A stretch of 64,000 nt of DNA, taken from contig OZ024743.1 in the NCBI GenBank assembly GCA_964016885.1, positions 145,948,001-146,012,000 of the forward strand. The letters are read 5' to 3'. A model generated the notes under the pieces. It was not told the origin of the DNA. It did not search any database and saw nothing but the letters and a program-made list of their open reading frames with translations. Within the stretch, counting starts at the first letter, position 1, and each line of letters starts with the position of its first letter. This document shows positions 50,213 to 64,000 of this stretch, piece by piece. A program made the position numbers and the translations under genes. This DNA comes from Eledone cirrhosa (lineage: Eukaryota).

Positions 50213-50345
50213 TGTGGGTTTGATTCCTAGAGTGGGTTGTGTGTTGTGTTCTTGAGCAAATCACTTCAGATGAAAATGAGTACAAATAGTAGTGGTTGAG
50301 AATTTAACGCTGCATTGGACTGGCGTCCTGTCCAGGAGGGTATTT
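50213..50345 (+). mobile_element. SINE fragment
   Basis: B-box-like GGTTTGATTCC, TGTTCTTGAGCAA and TGGACTGGCGTCCTGTCCAGG. Confidence 0.5.
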
Positions 50346-51650
50346 GTGTCTCCGGGCTCAAGACACTGTTTTATACATGTCTTCATACATTTAACAGGTA
50401 AGCATGGCCTTTAGTTTTGGGGTTGTTATGGCTTCACTGTATAGGGTAGTTCTAAAACTGGACTCTCGTTAGGCACAAGGACAATAAACTCTCTTCTACT
50501 AGATTGAGCATTCTTTTCTTGGCCTTGAATGGATAAAATACATAGATAAGATATCTCTCAAAGAAGCAATATTACATATTAAATTTAAGTGGAAAAAACT
50601 ATGGGAGTATAACCCAGAGAGGACAAAATTAAGTTAGTCTCACTTATATAAATTTCTCCATACCACAGTTTCGTTTACGGAAGAAGCAAATTATTGGAAT
50701 AACCAATATTGGAAGAATCTGTAATATTCTTCATCTTCCGGGGAGTTATTCTTTAAGACTAAGAAGTTAATTGACATTGAAATTATACATACCATTCCAT
50801 TGCCTGTATATATATATATGATCAGCCATGTGGATATTGTCTCCCAAGAAGCTGGGATCACAGGTCAAGTGGAATGTACGTTTATCATCGCTGTCTTGAC
50901 AGGACAATGGTGGCAACTTTCCAATAATGATTAGTCCCAGAGGCGAGAAATCTCAGATTCAGTTTCGAATCTTCGCTGGTAAAACATAGGAGTATTCCGT
51001 TATAGTATATTAGCTCTCACATTAGCTTGAGCACTTCTTTTTTCACATCCATGGATATATTTTACTACATACTCCTTTATATATATGATACATTACGCAA
51101 CTTGGTGTGTAACTTCCAGATTCTCAGAAACCTATCGAAGATATTTATCGATTAATATCTACCGATGAGGTCCATGTTCGTTTTTAACTTGTCTGTATTT
51201 TTCGTTGCTGTAGTATTAATGTGGCAACATACCTCTGGTCACTATTACCAAACTTATTCTGTTCACTCTGATGACTAATTTATTAATTACTCTTTCGTCG
51301 AGTGCTTTGTAACAGCCTTCGAAAATCGGATGCAAATCTGCTACTTGCAGCTGCAACTTCGATTATGGTCATTACTATTATATATATATAACGTTTTATA
51401 TTATAAACAATGCTTCAAGCAAACTACAGCATTTTATTATTTTGTTTTTGTTTTTCTGTTTTAACTATAATATATATATATATATATATGCACAGGTTAT
51501 ATTTAATTTTCCGGGTATGTCAATATTTATTTATAAAACAAATCTGTATTTTATCTGATGAAAGCGCACCATAATTTACCTTAGTCGCCTTTGAAATATA
51601 TATAATAAAATAATTACGGTTTTATAAATATAGTTTCCATTTATTAATAT

Positions 51651-51684
<34 letters not shown>

Positions 51685-51689
<5 letters not shown>

Positions 51690-52004
51690 AGGTCCCAAAT
51701 AATAGGGGGGTTGAAATAAGCGGAGGAGTGTTGGAAAAGCGGTAATTTTTCTAGGTTGTCTCCGTTGATTTTTTTTAAATACCAGAATTAGTCGTTAAGT
51801 TTACATATTGAGACCCTCAATCCATTCTATTTATTTTATAACGTATGTAATTGCTAGTAATGTACTTTTTTGATCATGTATAATGTTTTTTAATGTATAA
51901 AGAAAATTAATTGTCGCAAGGATGCTACCACTTAAAATAAAATTTCGTGGAGATAGATTAGCAAAATTTAATAAGAGCGGGGGCCATTATTCGAGACCCG
52001 AGAG
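51685..52004. mobile_element. Tc1/mariner-superfamily MITE
   Basis: Imperfect TIRs GTCTCAGGTCCCAAATAAT and ATTATTCGAGACCCGAGAG, both in TA tracts. Confidence 0.7.
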
Positions 52005-52747
52005 TATATATATTTAAATATTATATTCATTTTATTAGTTTAGGTAGGCTCCTCTAATATATTTTTATCCTCTCTTCTTAATCTGAGACAAGGGGAAACT
52101 GTATGAGGTTAACAATGTATAGCTTGAATTTATATATATTCAAATATATACATATATTAGTGTGAGTGTATGTATATTAAAGTTATATATGTGTGCACCA
52201 ATTAAATTATATAATGTTTGATTTGCAAAACGACCAAAATGTTTAATATTTTACATTCAAATATATTAGGTAATAATAATGAGTGAACTGGAGAAACGTA
52301 TTATGTAAACACGGTCACTGATATGTATCTATTATAAACTCTCATGAAATCAATACACATCTTCGTATTTTATTTAATAAAATATTAATCAAGTTCGGAG
52401 TATTCTGAAAAAACAAATGAGTGAGTGGCTTACGTGTTATAAACAGCCATTCATATGCTTATCTTGGTGTGTATATGTAGGTGTGTATACGCCTGTGTTC
52501 TATCATGTGATGTGTGTGTGTTTAGATGTGTATATATGTCTTTGTGTACTCATATAAATATTTATGTGTATGTGTGTGTATTCGATTGCGTTTTAGTTTT
52601 ATGTATATGTATGTGTGTATGTATGTAGTGAACCTCCCTTGCTTGCGCTTATGTAAATATATTTATGTATATATGTATGCGTAAGTATGTATGTAGTCTA
52701 ACCTTGCTTGCTCATGTATATGTGTGTATGTAGTATTACGAGTGAAA

Positions 52748-52784
52748 CCAATCAACCAATCAGAACATAGCTGTACAATATAAA
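52748..52784 (+). promoter_or_regulatory. Polyubiquitin core promoter (two CCAAT boxes plus TATA box)
   Basis: CCAAT at 52748 and 52756, TATAAA at 52779, about 100 bp before a GTAAGT donor. Confidence 0.7.
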
Positions 52785-52808
52785 TACAACTGCTGTCAGC
52801 CATTGATT

Positions 52809-52879
52809 ACTTTGGATTGTGGTTCAGAAGAATTGCAGTTTCTCTATTAATTACTACACGAAGTTTATTTCACGTCCTT
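52809..52879 (+). other. Putative non-coding exon 1 of polyubiquitin (intron 52880-55337)
   Basis: Donor GTAAGT at 52880; acceptor (T)n-TTTACAG ends at 55337, 4 nt before the ATG; this layout is typical of animal polyubiquitin genes. Confidence 0.65.
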
Positions 52880-54959
52880 GTAAGTAAAACTATACATTTC
52901 TCGAAATCAATTTAACTTATGTTGGAATACTTTCCAGCCAAATTGTTTTCCCCTAAAAAAAAAAAAAATGGAATTCTACTTATTTCACAACTTTCCGTTT
53001 AAAGTAAATTTTAAAATATATATGAAGTGTTTTGAAAATTTCACCTTATTTGTTATAATTTTGTTTTTCTAGCACTAGATTATTTTCATATTTTTCTGAT
53101 CGCAAATATCCAGTTTTTTTTTTTCTTTTTTTTTTTTTCTTTTTAGTTGTCAGACATATTGTTTTATTGTGCGGAGATACCATTTTTTTTCTCTCGCTAC
53201 GTTCATGGCGATTTTATTTTTTGTTTTTTATTCCTTTGTTGCATATTTTGGTGTTTAATTGTTCACTATTGATAACAAAATATGAATTATTTGTAGTGAA
53301 ATACTCTGCTGGTTATTTCTCCTTTACCGTTAATTTCTTACTCAAAATGGCTAGAGCTGATATTGTCTATAAACATGGCGTAGTGATTGCACTGCGTACA
53401 GGCAATTGATAAAATCCATTATCAACTAGTAATATTTAAATAAAATGAAAGAGGTTGGGTAACTTCTAATAAAAAAAAAAAAAAAAAATTTTTATTAAAA
53501 AAAAAAAAAAATATCTTAGACCTTTCAGAATGTAATTGTGTTAAAAAAACAATAATGGGGAACATAATCAAGATAATTTTATAAAGGGGAAATTTCTCCG
53601 TGAAAAAGCACCTGATGAATACCGTAAAATGTTCGCGGTACTTAAAATGTCGAGGGACGTGATTAGTGACAACGGTCTTTTCTATTTTTTAAAATAGAGG
53701 CGTCCATTGTTAGTGCCGTTCCGTTTAGTGGTTATACTCGCCAGCAGATCAGAAAGCGCTTTGAAGTTTGATATAACTTGTAGGTTTGGCTCTTTATATT
53801 TAAATATTTTTTTAGAAGGGTTCTTTAATTTTGTCTCGCTCATACTGTAAATTGATAAATAATTCGACTGAATGCTAACCCAATTTCCTTAACGTTATTT
53901 CTCTACTTTTAAAACGTTTTCCTTCATCCTGCATGTAATGCACATATTTTAAGCGTTCATTTTTCAACTATTGAAAAATATTGGCCTTGGCTTGAGTAGA
54001 CTAAACTTTCATTTGAAGTCCTCTGAAGTGACAAAGAAAATTGTGGAATGTTAGTATTTCAGAAATAACATTAACCTAATCATTAGTACTCAAATTTTAA
54101 AGGGGGGAGGGGGGGAAGGCGTGAAACTATTCAATATTTTTTTTTTTTTTTCTTTTGACAATTTAAAACATTTTCAACGTTAAAGGAAGCTTTGGATAAT
54201 GTTATGTTACTACTCGTTTACAGAAAGTCGATGGTCGTGTTGTACCATATTAAAATTTGCCAGATCAGTCGACACTTACATACTTAGCTTTATTTTATTT
54301 CTTTGCTGACATTTCAACGACCTAAAATATTGCTACTCATTAGCTATGGGCGAAAATATATGCGACGCAATAAATGTTAGGAAGGGGGGGGGGGGCGACT
54401 AAACATGATTTAACCTTTCAAAATTCCAATTTAATTCAGTTTACGCTATACTTTAACTTACATCTGTATATCTAAATGCTAGAATGTGATAATGAATGTC
54501 CTTTTGTAGAAATTGTAATGAAACTCGAAACGGAATTAACCGAATCCTATTTTATCACCAATCGGATTTTAACGAGTACAATAGATTCTGCAACTCATGA
54601 CATATACTGGTATTCTCTATTCAACAGTTGAATTAGTGAACACTGGCTTACCGTCCAATGGTTTCCGTTCACTGATGACTAAATCAGACGACATTCTTGA
54701 TATTTTAGATCTTTCTAGGTGTTAACAGTGCGTCATCTGTGTATGGTTTTCAACGCGACCTATCAGCAAGGTCATGGAATTTCAATTAAGTATTAGTGGC
54801 GACATTTTTAGTAGACACGGGCACTGTTGTGCTTTTAGATGAAATGTTATATAATGTATAGCGCCATCCTTTAAATACATTGGGTGACGTTCCTCACTAG
54901 TCATTTCATGTTTCGATTTACACACACATACATACATACATACATACATACATAGATAC

Positions 54960-55115
54960 ACTGGAAGAGGAAGACCAAGGTTAACATGTTGATGCCCTAA
55001 GGACAGACAATGGTCTGTTGGAGACGCAGGACATGGCAGCGATGATGAGGGACAGACCGCTGGCGGGGGCTCGTCAATAGATCTCGGGAATTTTACCCGC
55101 CCTAGAAAAAAAAAA
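54960..55115 (+). mobile_element. Intronic RTE-like 3' fragment
   Basis: GRGRPRLT..DALRTDNGLLETQDMAAMMRDRPL followed by an A-tail. Confidence 0.55.
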
Positions 55116-55278
55116 TATAAGCTTCATTTCGAGTTGAGGGCCGTGCTGTCAGTTAAGCTTGAAAGATTTGCTAAGACACGCGGCACATTAAATAAAAGCT
55201 TTAATCTGTTTAACCCCACCTCTCCTAGCACCATGTATAAATTCAAAACTTGTAAACAAGAAAAATTTTGTCATCTAA

Positions 55279-56949
<1,671 letters not shown>

Positions 56950-57094
56950 TATTTGCAGAAACATTTACTGGGATGACCACATTGCCACCAAACTTCTCTG
57001 GTTGAGGTGGTTTTCAAAAGAATCATTTCCCTATTTGCATAAAAATCCCTAATGACTTTGCAAAAATTTGATTTTAACCTGTGGATTTTCTGTA

Positions 57095-57152
57095 AATAAA
57101 TCTTCCACAGATTAGTTCCATTTTGTGCAAATTTAATGTTTGCTTAAATAAA
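57095..57152 (+). terminator. Polyadenylation signals
   Basis: AATAAA at 57095 and 57147, followed by T-rich sequence. Confidence 0.65.
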
Positions 57153-58043
57153 AGTAAGCTTATATCATGAAATAAGTTTTATATTTTTCTTTGAAACCCC
57201 GCTATATCCTCCCCAATTTTTTTTCTTTTTTTTTTTTTTTTTTCTTTTTTTTTTCTTTTTTTTTTCCATGATTGGTCGACTGAACTAGTATATTTTAGGA
57301 AGTGAGTTGGTAGAATTCTGAATGTTTGTTCATTAAAATTGCTGCTACTTCATAGTAGCTTGGTATACACTAAGATGTATGCAGTTGTATACACTCATCT
57401 CTGCAACTGGGTACATATTTTATTTTTAGTCAAATAAAACATTGAAATGCTTTATTTGACTAAATTATCAGCTATTTTTACAATTCATTGCTTTCAGCTT
57501 TGTATGTAAATTAGCATCATAACAAAATATTCAGGATTTCAACTAACATCTCTTAAAATATTTAAGATTCAGCTAAAATTTAAACCGACTAAACCAATTC
57601 GCACTATTTAGTTTCATATATTTTGGTGAAATTTCTCTAAAGTAACCTTAGTTAATTCTATTGACTCACCTACTGTTATTTTAATTAGTGCAAAAAAAAA
57701 TGTTTCAGCTTTTGCGTTTGTTACTTTGAATTACAGCACTTAGATATTTCTAGTAAAAATAAATGCATAATAATTATTTTGGTGTTTGGTTTTCAATTTA
57801 ATTAATTTAAAGATATTGCACTTGAACTTACTTTTAATATGCTGCTAAAATGCCACTTAGGTTTTAGTGTTTGCTTGTAGTTTGCTTACCTGAAGCGTTT
57901 CTAGTTGTAAGCTATTTTGTCCATAGCATTCTGGAGAAGTAACAGCTTTAAATTTTGCTTCATTTCTGAACTTTTTCCTTAAAGCTTTGAAAACGTTAGG
58001 ATTTTTAAAGTTCTATTTTATTGCAGATGTTACAGAAATAAGA

Positions 58044-58075
<32 letters not shown>

Positions 58076-58564
58076 ATTAGATTCAGTTGGGACTTGTTTC
58101 TGGAAAGAGTGTTTGAGGACTCTGACCCTCTGAGGAATAAGTGGGCAAAGAACAATATTTCCTATCTTCTGCTTAACACTGCATGTGGGTTTTCAGATTA
58201 ATGGTATTAAGAACGACTTCAAATAAATTTTTACATGCTGTAGTGTCAGGATTTCCTCAGCAGGGACTATAAATTTAGAATTTAAAAAAATTAAATACTG
58301 TTTTAAGCAGTGAAAATAACTTCTGCCATTTCTATTCAATTTATAAATCAATAGGAATTGAACGAACTGACAATTCAAATGAAAACGAAATTACTATTGT
58401 ATCATCTAATTGATCTAGATTTCCCACCAGTGCATGGAACTTGAACTAGTATGTGCAATAAATTTAGACCCAAGGGCTGTTTGTTGCGTTAATGGAAAAT
58501 ATTTGAAGGTTAGACGACCAATTTTAGAGGGTATACACTAAACTTAATCCTTTACCATCTCCCA

Positions 58565-58604
<40 letters not shown>

Positions 58605-59529
58605 TAAAAAAGCTAGGAATTATAACTTTTCATTAACCCTTTAACATTTACATTACTCTATATTTACTATATTTTCACGGTTGACACTTTATCTTCCATA
58701 ATATTGAAGCTGAGATTGATATTCTCTATTTTGAGGACAATACCAATCGGTATGAGTGGCTGGTTTAAATGCTAAAGGGCTAAGCTGTTAGAAATATTTA
58801 AATATTAAAAGGTAGTTTGGTTGGATGGAATTGGTATCAAAAGGGGTAATGTGTTAACTGTTGTGCCATTATTTAAATTTCTATGTTCGAAAATTATACA
58901 GAATTTAATTTCCAGCAGTGTTAGCTGATGAAACTAGTTTGACCCTTAACTGCAGAAGCTACTGGTTTGACCAAGGTTATTTCCGAGATTAAGTAATTAA
59001 TAAGCATACATCTATATTATAGTTTCTACCAATTGGAATAAGTTTCAACTGTGATGATTAATACTGTATTGGCACAAGGATGTAAAGTGGGATTTGAGCT
59101 TGTTGTAAAGGGCCATAACTAAATGTTGCAAAACGCATTGTGATATTAATGATTCTGTAAATTCATTTAGATATATTAAGCTTCATTTCATTAATGCAAT
59201 TTATGCTAAGTTAGGTTTGAATGTTACCCCCAATAGATTGTAAAGAATGTTCATATGCTTCACTTTTGAACTTTGACCTATCTACAACTTTTTATTTACT
59301 TATGAGCTTAACAAATTCTCAAAGCTATCTATCAACACTAATTATGCAAAGAGGGGGAGCCTTTGTGGTAGCTTAACAGCCATGAGGAACAAACTAAATA
59401 TTCATATCTTCAAAAAGGAAATTCTCTTGGGAGAAATACTTTTGATATTTATAGTGCAATAAACAATTTAAGATTATATATATATATATATATAATTGGA
59501 TGCTTAGTAAAATCATATATATTTATATA

Positions 59530-59755
59530 TAGGTGATGTGTTGTTTCCTTGAGCCTTTCACATTGCTCCAGTTTACTCAGCTGTAGAAATGAGATGCAAA
59601 GTGGTTGTGGAGGTGCCATGGCAAAAAAAGCACCCAGCACTCGCTGTAAATGAGGTTGGTGTTAGGAAGGGCATCCAGCTGTAGAAATCAAGCCAGAATC
59701 GGTTCCCGTCCCACCCTTGCAAGAAGGGAAAAAGCGGACGTAAAATTAAATGATA
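59530..59755 (+). mobile_element. SINE with composite RTE tail
   Basis: Same body as the 19172 copy; ends CCCGTCCCACCCTTGCAAGAAGGGAAAAAGCGGACGTAAA; TA tracts on both sides. Confidence 0.72.
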
Positions 59756-60824
59756 TATATATATATATATAAAACTAATGGTGTGTGTGTCCCCATTTTT
59801 GCAAAGTCTATACAAATCCACATTTCTACTCCGATTGACTTTAAACTTGCATTTATATATTCCTTGTGGTCTAAAGATATTAACTGCAGCTTTTATTTTT
59901 CAATTTTCTTTTGTTAAAGGGGTGTTAGGTGCCAGTTATCCATCTCTATGCCTGGCTGTCTGCATTGACATTCTGACGAACATTGATGACGTATGTTTGC
60001 TATTTTCTGTTCATTGCCAGGCAACATATTCACGAACCAAAGTAGCGTCTGCCTTTTTTCCTTCGGTTGCAACGTTTTTAGAAATACTTTCTCCGTTCAC
60101 AGATTGTTTTTAATTTCAGATCCTGTTAAGGGTGAAAGCGGCGATTGTTTGCTTAAACTTTAATCTGTTATTTTAATATATAATATAAGCGAGCCAAGCC
60201 AGCCCAAGTTAACAATTGAACTTGAGAATACCTTTCCGACGGTCGGCTTATTTTTCAATTGGTGTCATTTACTAATTTTTTTTTTTTTTTTTTTTTTGGC
60301 TAACAATCCTGAGACATTCCCACTTACCCCAGTTGCTTTAATATTTTTTTTTTTTGCTATACTTCTTGAGACATAATCACTTAGCCCCGTTGCACACATT
60401 ATTGTTGGTGTTAGTACCAAGCCATATGCCCTATTACGTACATAAAGAGAAATAATGGATCTTTTTAGAAAGACCCTGCCAAAAAAGATCCCCCACATCT
60501 ATGTTAAAAATCACATATGCTGGCGTTAAGCGGTAATTTCTATCTTGGTACAGAGGGGCGAGATAGTGTTAAGGCAAACTGTCGACAATTGTACTTGAGG
60601 CATAGGGTTAAGGACTGATGCATACACTTACGGTGGTTCGACAATCGGTCACAACTAACCTATTACCCAAGTGAGTTTTAGACTGAAAACTATTAACCTC
60701 TTCTACATCAACTAACCTAAGCATGAACCGATACTTAAACATACTAGCTCCCCCCCCCCCCCCCCCCCCCTGCACCTGATTTTCTGCATCCACAAGTTAT
60801 GCGTTGTTTAATATATCCTAGGCT

Positions 60825-63800
60825 ATGCCCCCAAAGAAGAGAATTTGCTTCGGAAGAAAAATGCCCTTTTTCAAAAAGACTGCAAAGGAGGAGAGCAAAT
60901 GAACAGTCCCCAGAAGTTGCTATTAGCCCATTGCAAAACGAAAAACACCTGCCTGAACTGCTGAGAGTGACAGACAGCGTGACCTTAGACCGGCAACAAA
61001 TGATTTATCAGAAACTGATGGCTGATCTGCTGAGAATGACGACCAGTGTGTCCTGTGAAAAGCATGAAACGCTACATTAAAAGTCGCTGCTGAAACTGCA
61101 GAACAGCGTTACCGGCGTATAAGAAAAAAATGCTGCCACTCGAGCTGCTGAGAATGCAGAACAACGTGCCCTACATATAACAAAAAAGGCTGCATCAACT
61201 GCTGCCACCCGAGCTGCTGAGAATGCACAACAGCGTGCCCTACGTATAACAAAAAAGGCTGCATCAACTGCTGCCACCCGAGCTGCTGAGAGTGCAGAAC
61301 AGCATGCCCTACGTCAAACAGAAAATGTTGCGTCAACTGCTGCTGAGTGCAGAACAACGTGCCTTGCATCAGGCAGGAGATGCTGCATCAACTGCTGAGA
61401 CCTCCGACGCCCGGAGAGTATCGCCCAGCGTAAAAAATACTCGGCAGGGAGTTTCAAGGCCATGTAGTTCAAGATGGCTACTAGAAGCATTTGAATATAG
61501 GCCCGACAGCGATTATGCTAACCATCCAGACATGCGAGATACTTGCAAATAAGTGGCCAGGAGAAGCAGCCGGCATGTGTTGCGCAAGTGGAAAGGTCGA
61601 ATTACCCGCTCTAGAGGATCCACCCCAGCCATTGCTGCTGCTTCTTACAGCCACAACCCCAGAATCAAAGCATTTCCTAAATAATACCAGAAAGTACAAC
61701 TGTGCCTTTCAAGTGACTTCTTTCGGGGTGAATATCGTTAGGGAAGGTGGGTTTATGCCTATGTTTAGTCCAAAGGCAGGTTTACCATAGGATAGGACCA
61801 CTTGAGCCTGTTGTGAACCAAGAGCCTCAGTTTCTTCAACTGTACTTTGTTGGCAGCTACCAAGAACAAGCGAGAAGACGAAACACTATATCACTCGGCA
61901 TTAATTTTGAGCTGACATTGCAGCTCCAAGAGATGTAACATGCAAAAAACAGTTATGTGCAGAGTTTTAAGTATGCGTTAGAAACAACATCAATCCCCAA
62001 TTTTAATGTTGTCATTAATGCTGACAAACGGCCATCTGAAGAGCATGCTGGCTGCTATAATCTGCCTACATACAACGAAATTGCAATTATGCTTGAAGGT
62101 CAGCAGCAAAATCCAAGGGACATCGTTCTCACGTGTCGCGACAACACTCTTAAGCGAAACCCACAGATCCTACGACGCGCTACAATACCCCTTGCTCTTC
62201 GTGAATGGAGAAGACGGTTACCATTTGGGCATTCACCAGCATAATCCCCATAGACCAGACGATTGCAGCAGCAAACAAGTTTCCTGTATGGAGTTCTTCG
62301 CATACTGCTTCATGACCTGAAGCAACTGCCTGAATCATCTCCACAGTTCACGCGAGCTATTCCATCAATTTGCAGTCGACATGTGCGCCAAGATGGAGTC
62401 TGAGAGGCTGCGCTTACATCAGGTACAACCAACAAAAGCTGCGTTCAGAGAATTACGTTCACCTTTGAGATGGTATCAAAGTCTGGCAGACTCAGGGCAG
62501 GTGTGCATTTTGCCTTCCACTCTCACCAGGGGTCCGCGGTATATGCATGAGAGGACGCAAGACGCCATGACGTGCGCCACTACGGTCGGCCCGACATTCA
62601 TTACCTTTACCTGCAACCCCAAGTGGAAGGAGATCGAGGCTGAACTCTTCCAAGGCCAAAAGGCCAAAGACAGGCATGACCTTCTAGCCAGGGTCTTCCG
62701 ACTGAAGTTACAGAAACTCATGGACCTTATCAAGAAAGGGCAGGTATTTGGGCTTGTAATAGGCGATATGTACACAGTTGAGTGGCAAAAAAGGGGTCTG
62801 CCACATGCCCATATTCTTATTTGGATGTCAACAAAAATGAACTCCATCAACATTGACAGGCTTACCTCTGCAGAACTCCCCAACCCCTCTGTTGACAAAG
62901 ACCTCTTTGACATAGTGTGGGCAAACATGGTTCATGGTCCATGCGGGCGTGGATTTAACCTACACTCACCATGCTTGAGAGATTCGGTTTGCAGCAAAAA
63001 ATTTCCGAAGCAGTTTCTTCGAGAGACCCAGACCAGCAAAGACGGATACCCACTGTACAGATGAAGAAAGCCGGAAGATGGCGAGTTTACAGTGCACATT
63101 GGGCCATACAAAGTAGACAACAGGTGGATAGTGCTATAAGGGTTCAGACGCTGCTATGTTTGGCCTGCAGCAAGACGGCAATCTGGACGAAGTTACACAG
63201 TACCAAGTGGGTAGGTACATAAGCAGTAACGAGGCCTTCTGGTGCATTTTTGGTTTCCCCTTGCATCAAAGGCACCCACCCATCCAACAACATGCTGTTC
63301 ACCTTGAAAACGGTCAACGCGTAGACTTCACTGCTTTCACTGCTGCTCGATTGGTTGAGGAACCGAAGGACACTACCCTCACTGCCTTCTTTAACCTTTG
63401 TCAAGTCGATCCATTCGCCCAAACCTTGCTGTATCCACAGGTGCCGTCCTATTACATCTGGGAAAAAAAGAAATGGCAACGGAGGAAGAAGGGTTAAAAG
63501 TTGATGGATACCCTGTCATTAAATTTGACAGTTGCCTCAGGAGAGTTTACACAGTTCATCCAAGCCAACAAGAGTGTTTTTACCTTCGTCTGCTACTTCA
63601 TGAGGTTAGGGTACCAACGTCTTACCAACATTTGAAAACGGTCGGCTTTGAGCTACTTTCAGAGAGGCCTGCTTAAGACATGGACTGTTAAAAGACTGCG
63701 CACAGTGGGATGTTACACTTGCGGAGGCTGCCATTTCACAGTCGCCAAAAAGTCTCAAGGCTCTCTTTGCAGTGCTTCTGCACATTTGCGAAGTCTCAGA

Positions 63801-64000
63801 TCCCGTCTCTCTGTGGTTGAAGTATAGAGATGCTCTGGCGGAAGACTTTTACCACCAAGCACAATTGTGGTATCCTAGCCTTGATGCTGCCAGTGACGAC
63901 GTCTACAACTGTGCTTTTATTGATGTGGAAAACAGGACTGTTTCACTGGTGGGAATACTTTGCCAACGTACGGGCTGCTGCAACCAGTATGGACAGGGAT
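60825..64000 (+). pseudogene. Helitron RepHel pseudogene (STPR-like repeats, Zn region, HUH Rep)
   Basis: MPPKKR start, CCASGKVELP, RKYNCAFQVTSFG, YDALQYPLLF, GPRYMHERTQDAM, FITFTCNPKW, EWQKRGLPHAHIL, GRYISSNEAFW, HLENGQRV, FYLRLLL; many frameshifts. Confidence 0.93.
61085..61400 (+). repeat. 69-bp coding tandem repeat (23-aa STPR-like)
   Basis: Units start at 61132, 61201 and 61270 and read AATRAAENAEQRALRITKKAAST. Confidence 0.85.

Larger units (their letters stand above)
59756..64000 (+). mobile_element. Helitron, 5' part, continuing past the window end
   Basis: TATATATAAAA..GTGTGT..CCGATTGACTT leader resembles Helitron 5' ends; RepHel coding remnants follow. Confidence 0.85.

Noticed and set aside
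52895-52910. Heat-shock element near the polyubiquitin promoter
   Set aside because: Only one TTCnnGAA pair is seen; three contiguous nGAAn units are not evident
53612-53655. CTGATGA followed by a TACCG/CGGTA stem in the ubiquitin intron as a hammerhead
   Set aside because: No GAAA after the stem and no helix I pairing

Overview
AT-rich animal DNA, probably from an octopus or related cephalopod (inferred from the SINE types), that is dominated by transposable elements. The one intact host gene is a 7-unit polyubiquitin (55342-56949) with a CCAAT/TATA promoter and a 5'UTR intron. The window also holds about 15 RTE-clade LINE copies of several subfamilies whose RT carries an inserted PHD-type C4HC3 finger, and a full-length pseudogenised Ty3/Gypsy element with a -1 frameshift signal. 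Other elements are the 5' part of a decayed Helitron with STPR-like repeats, CRE-type and CR1/L2-type LINE fragments, tRNA-derived SINEs, and Tc1/mariner, pogo/Tigger, piggyBac and hAT MITEs. The most notable structure is at 42820-47166: a recent, non-coding ~451-bp unit in tandem and inverted copies that carries a minimal type I hammerhead ribozyme motif (43048-43090 minus, 46799-46841 plus). It is a candidate Penelope-dependent retrozyme, and a near-intact RTE has inserted into one of its (TA)n tracts. All calls were made by eye with no database searches, and boundaries of decayed elements are approximate.
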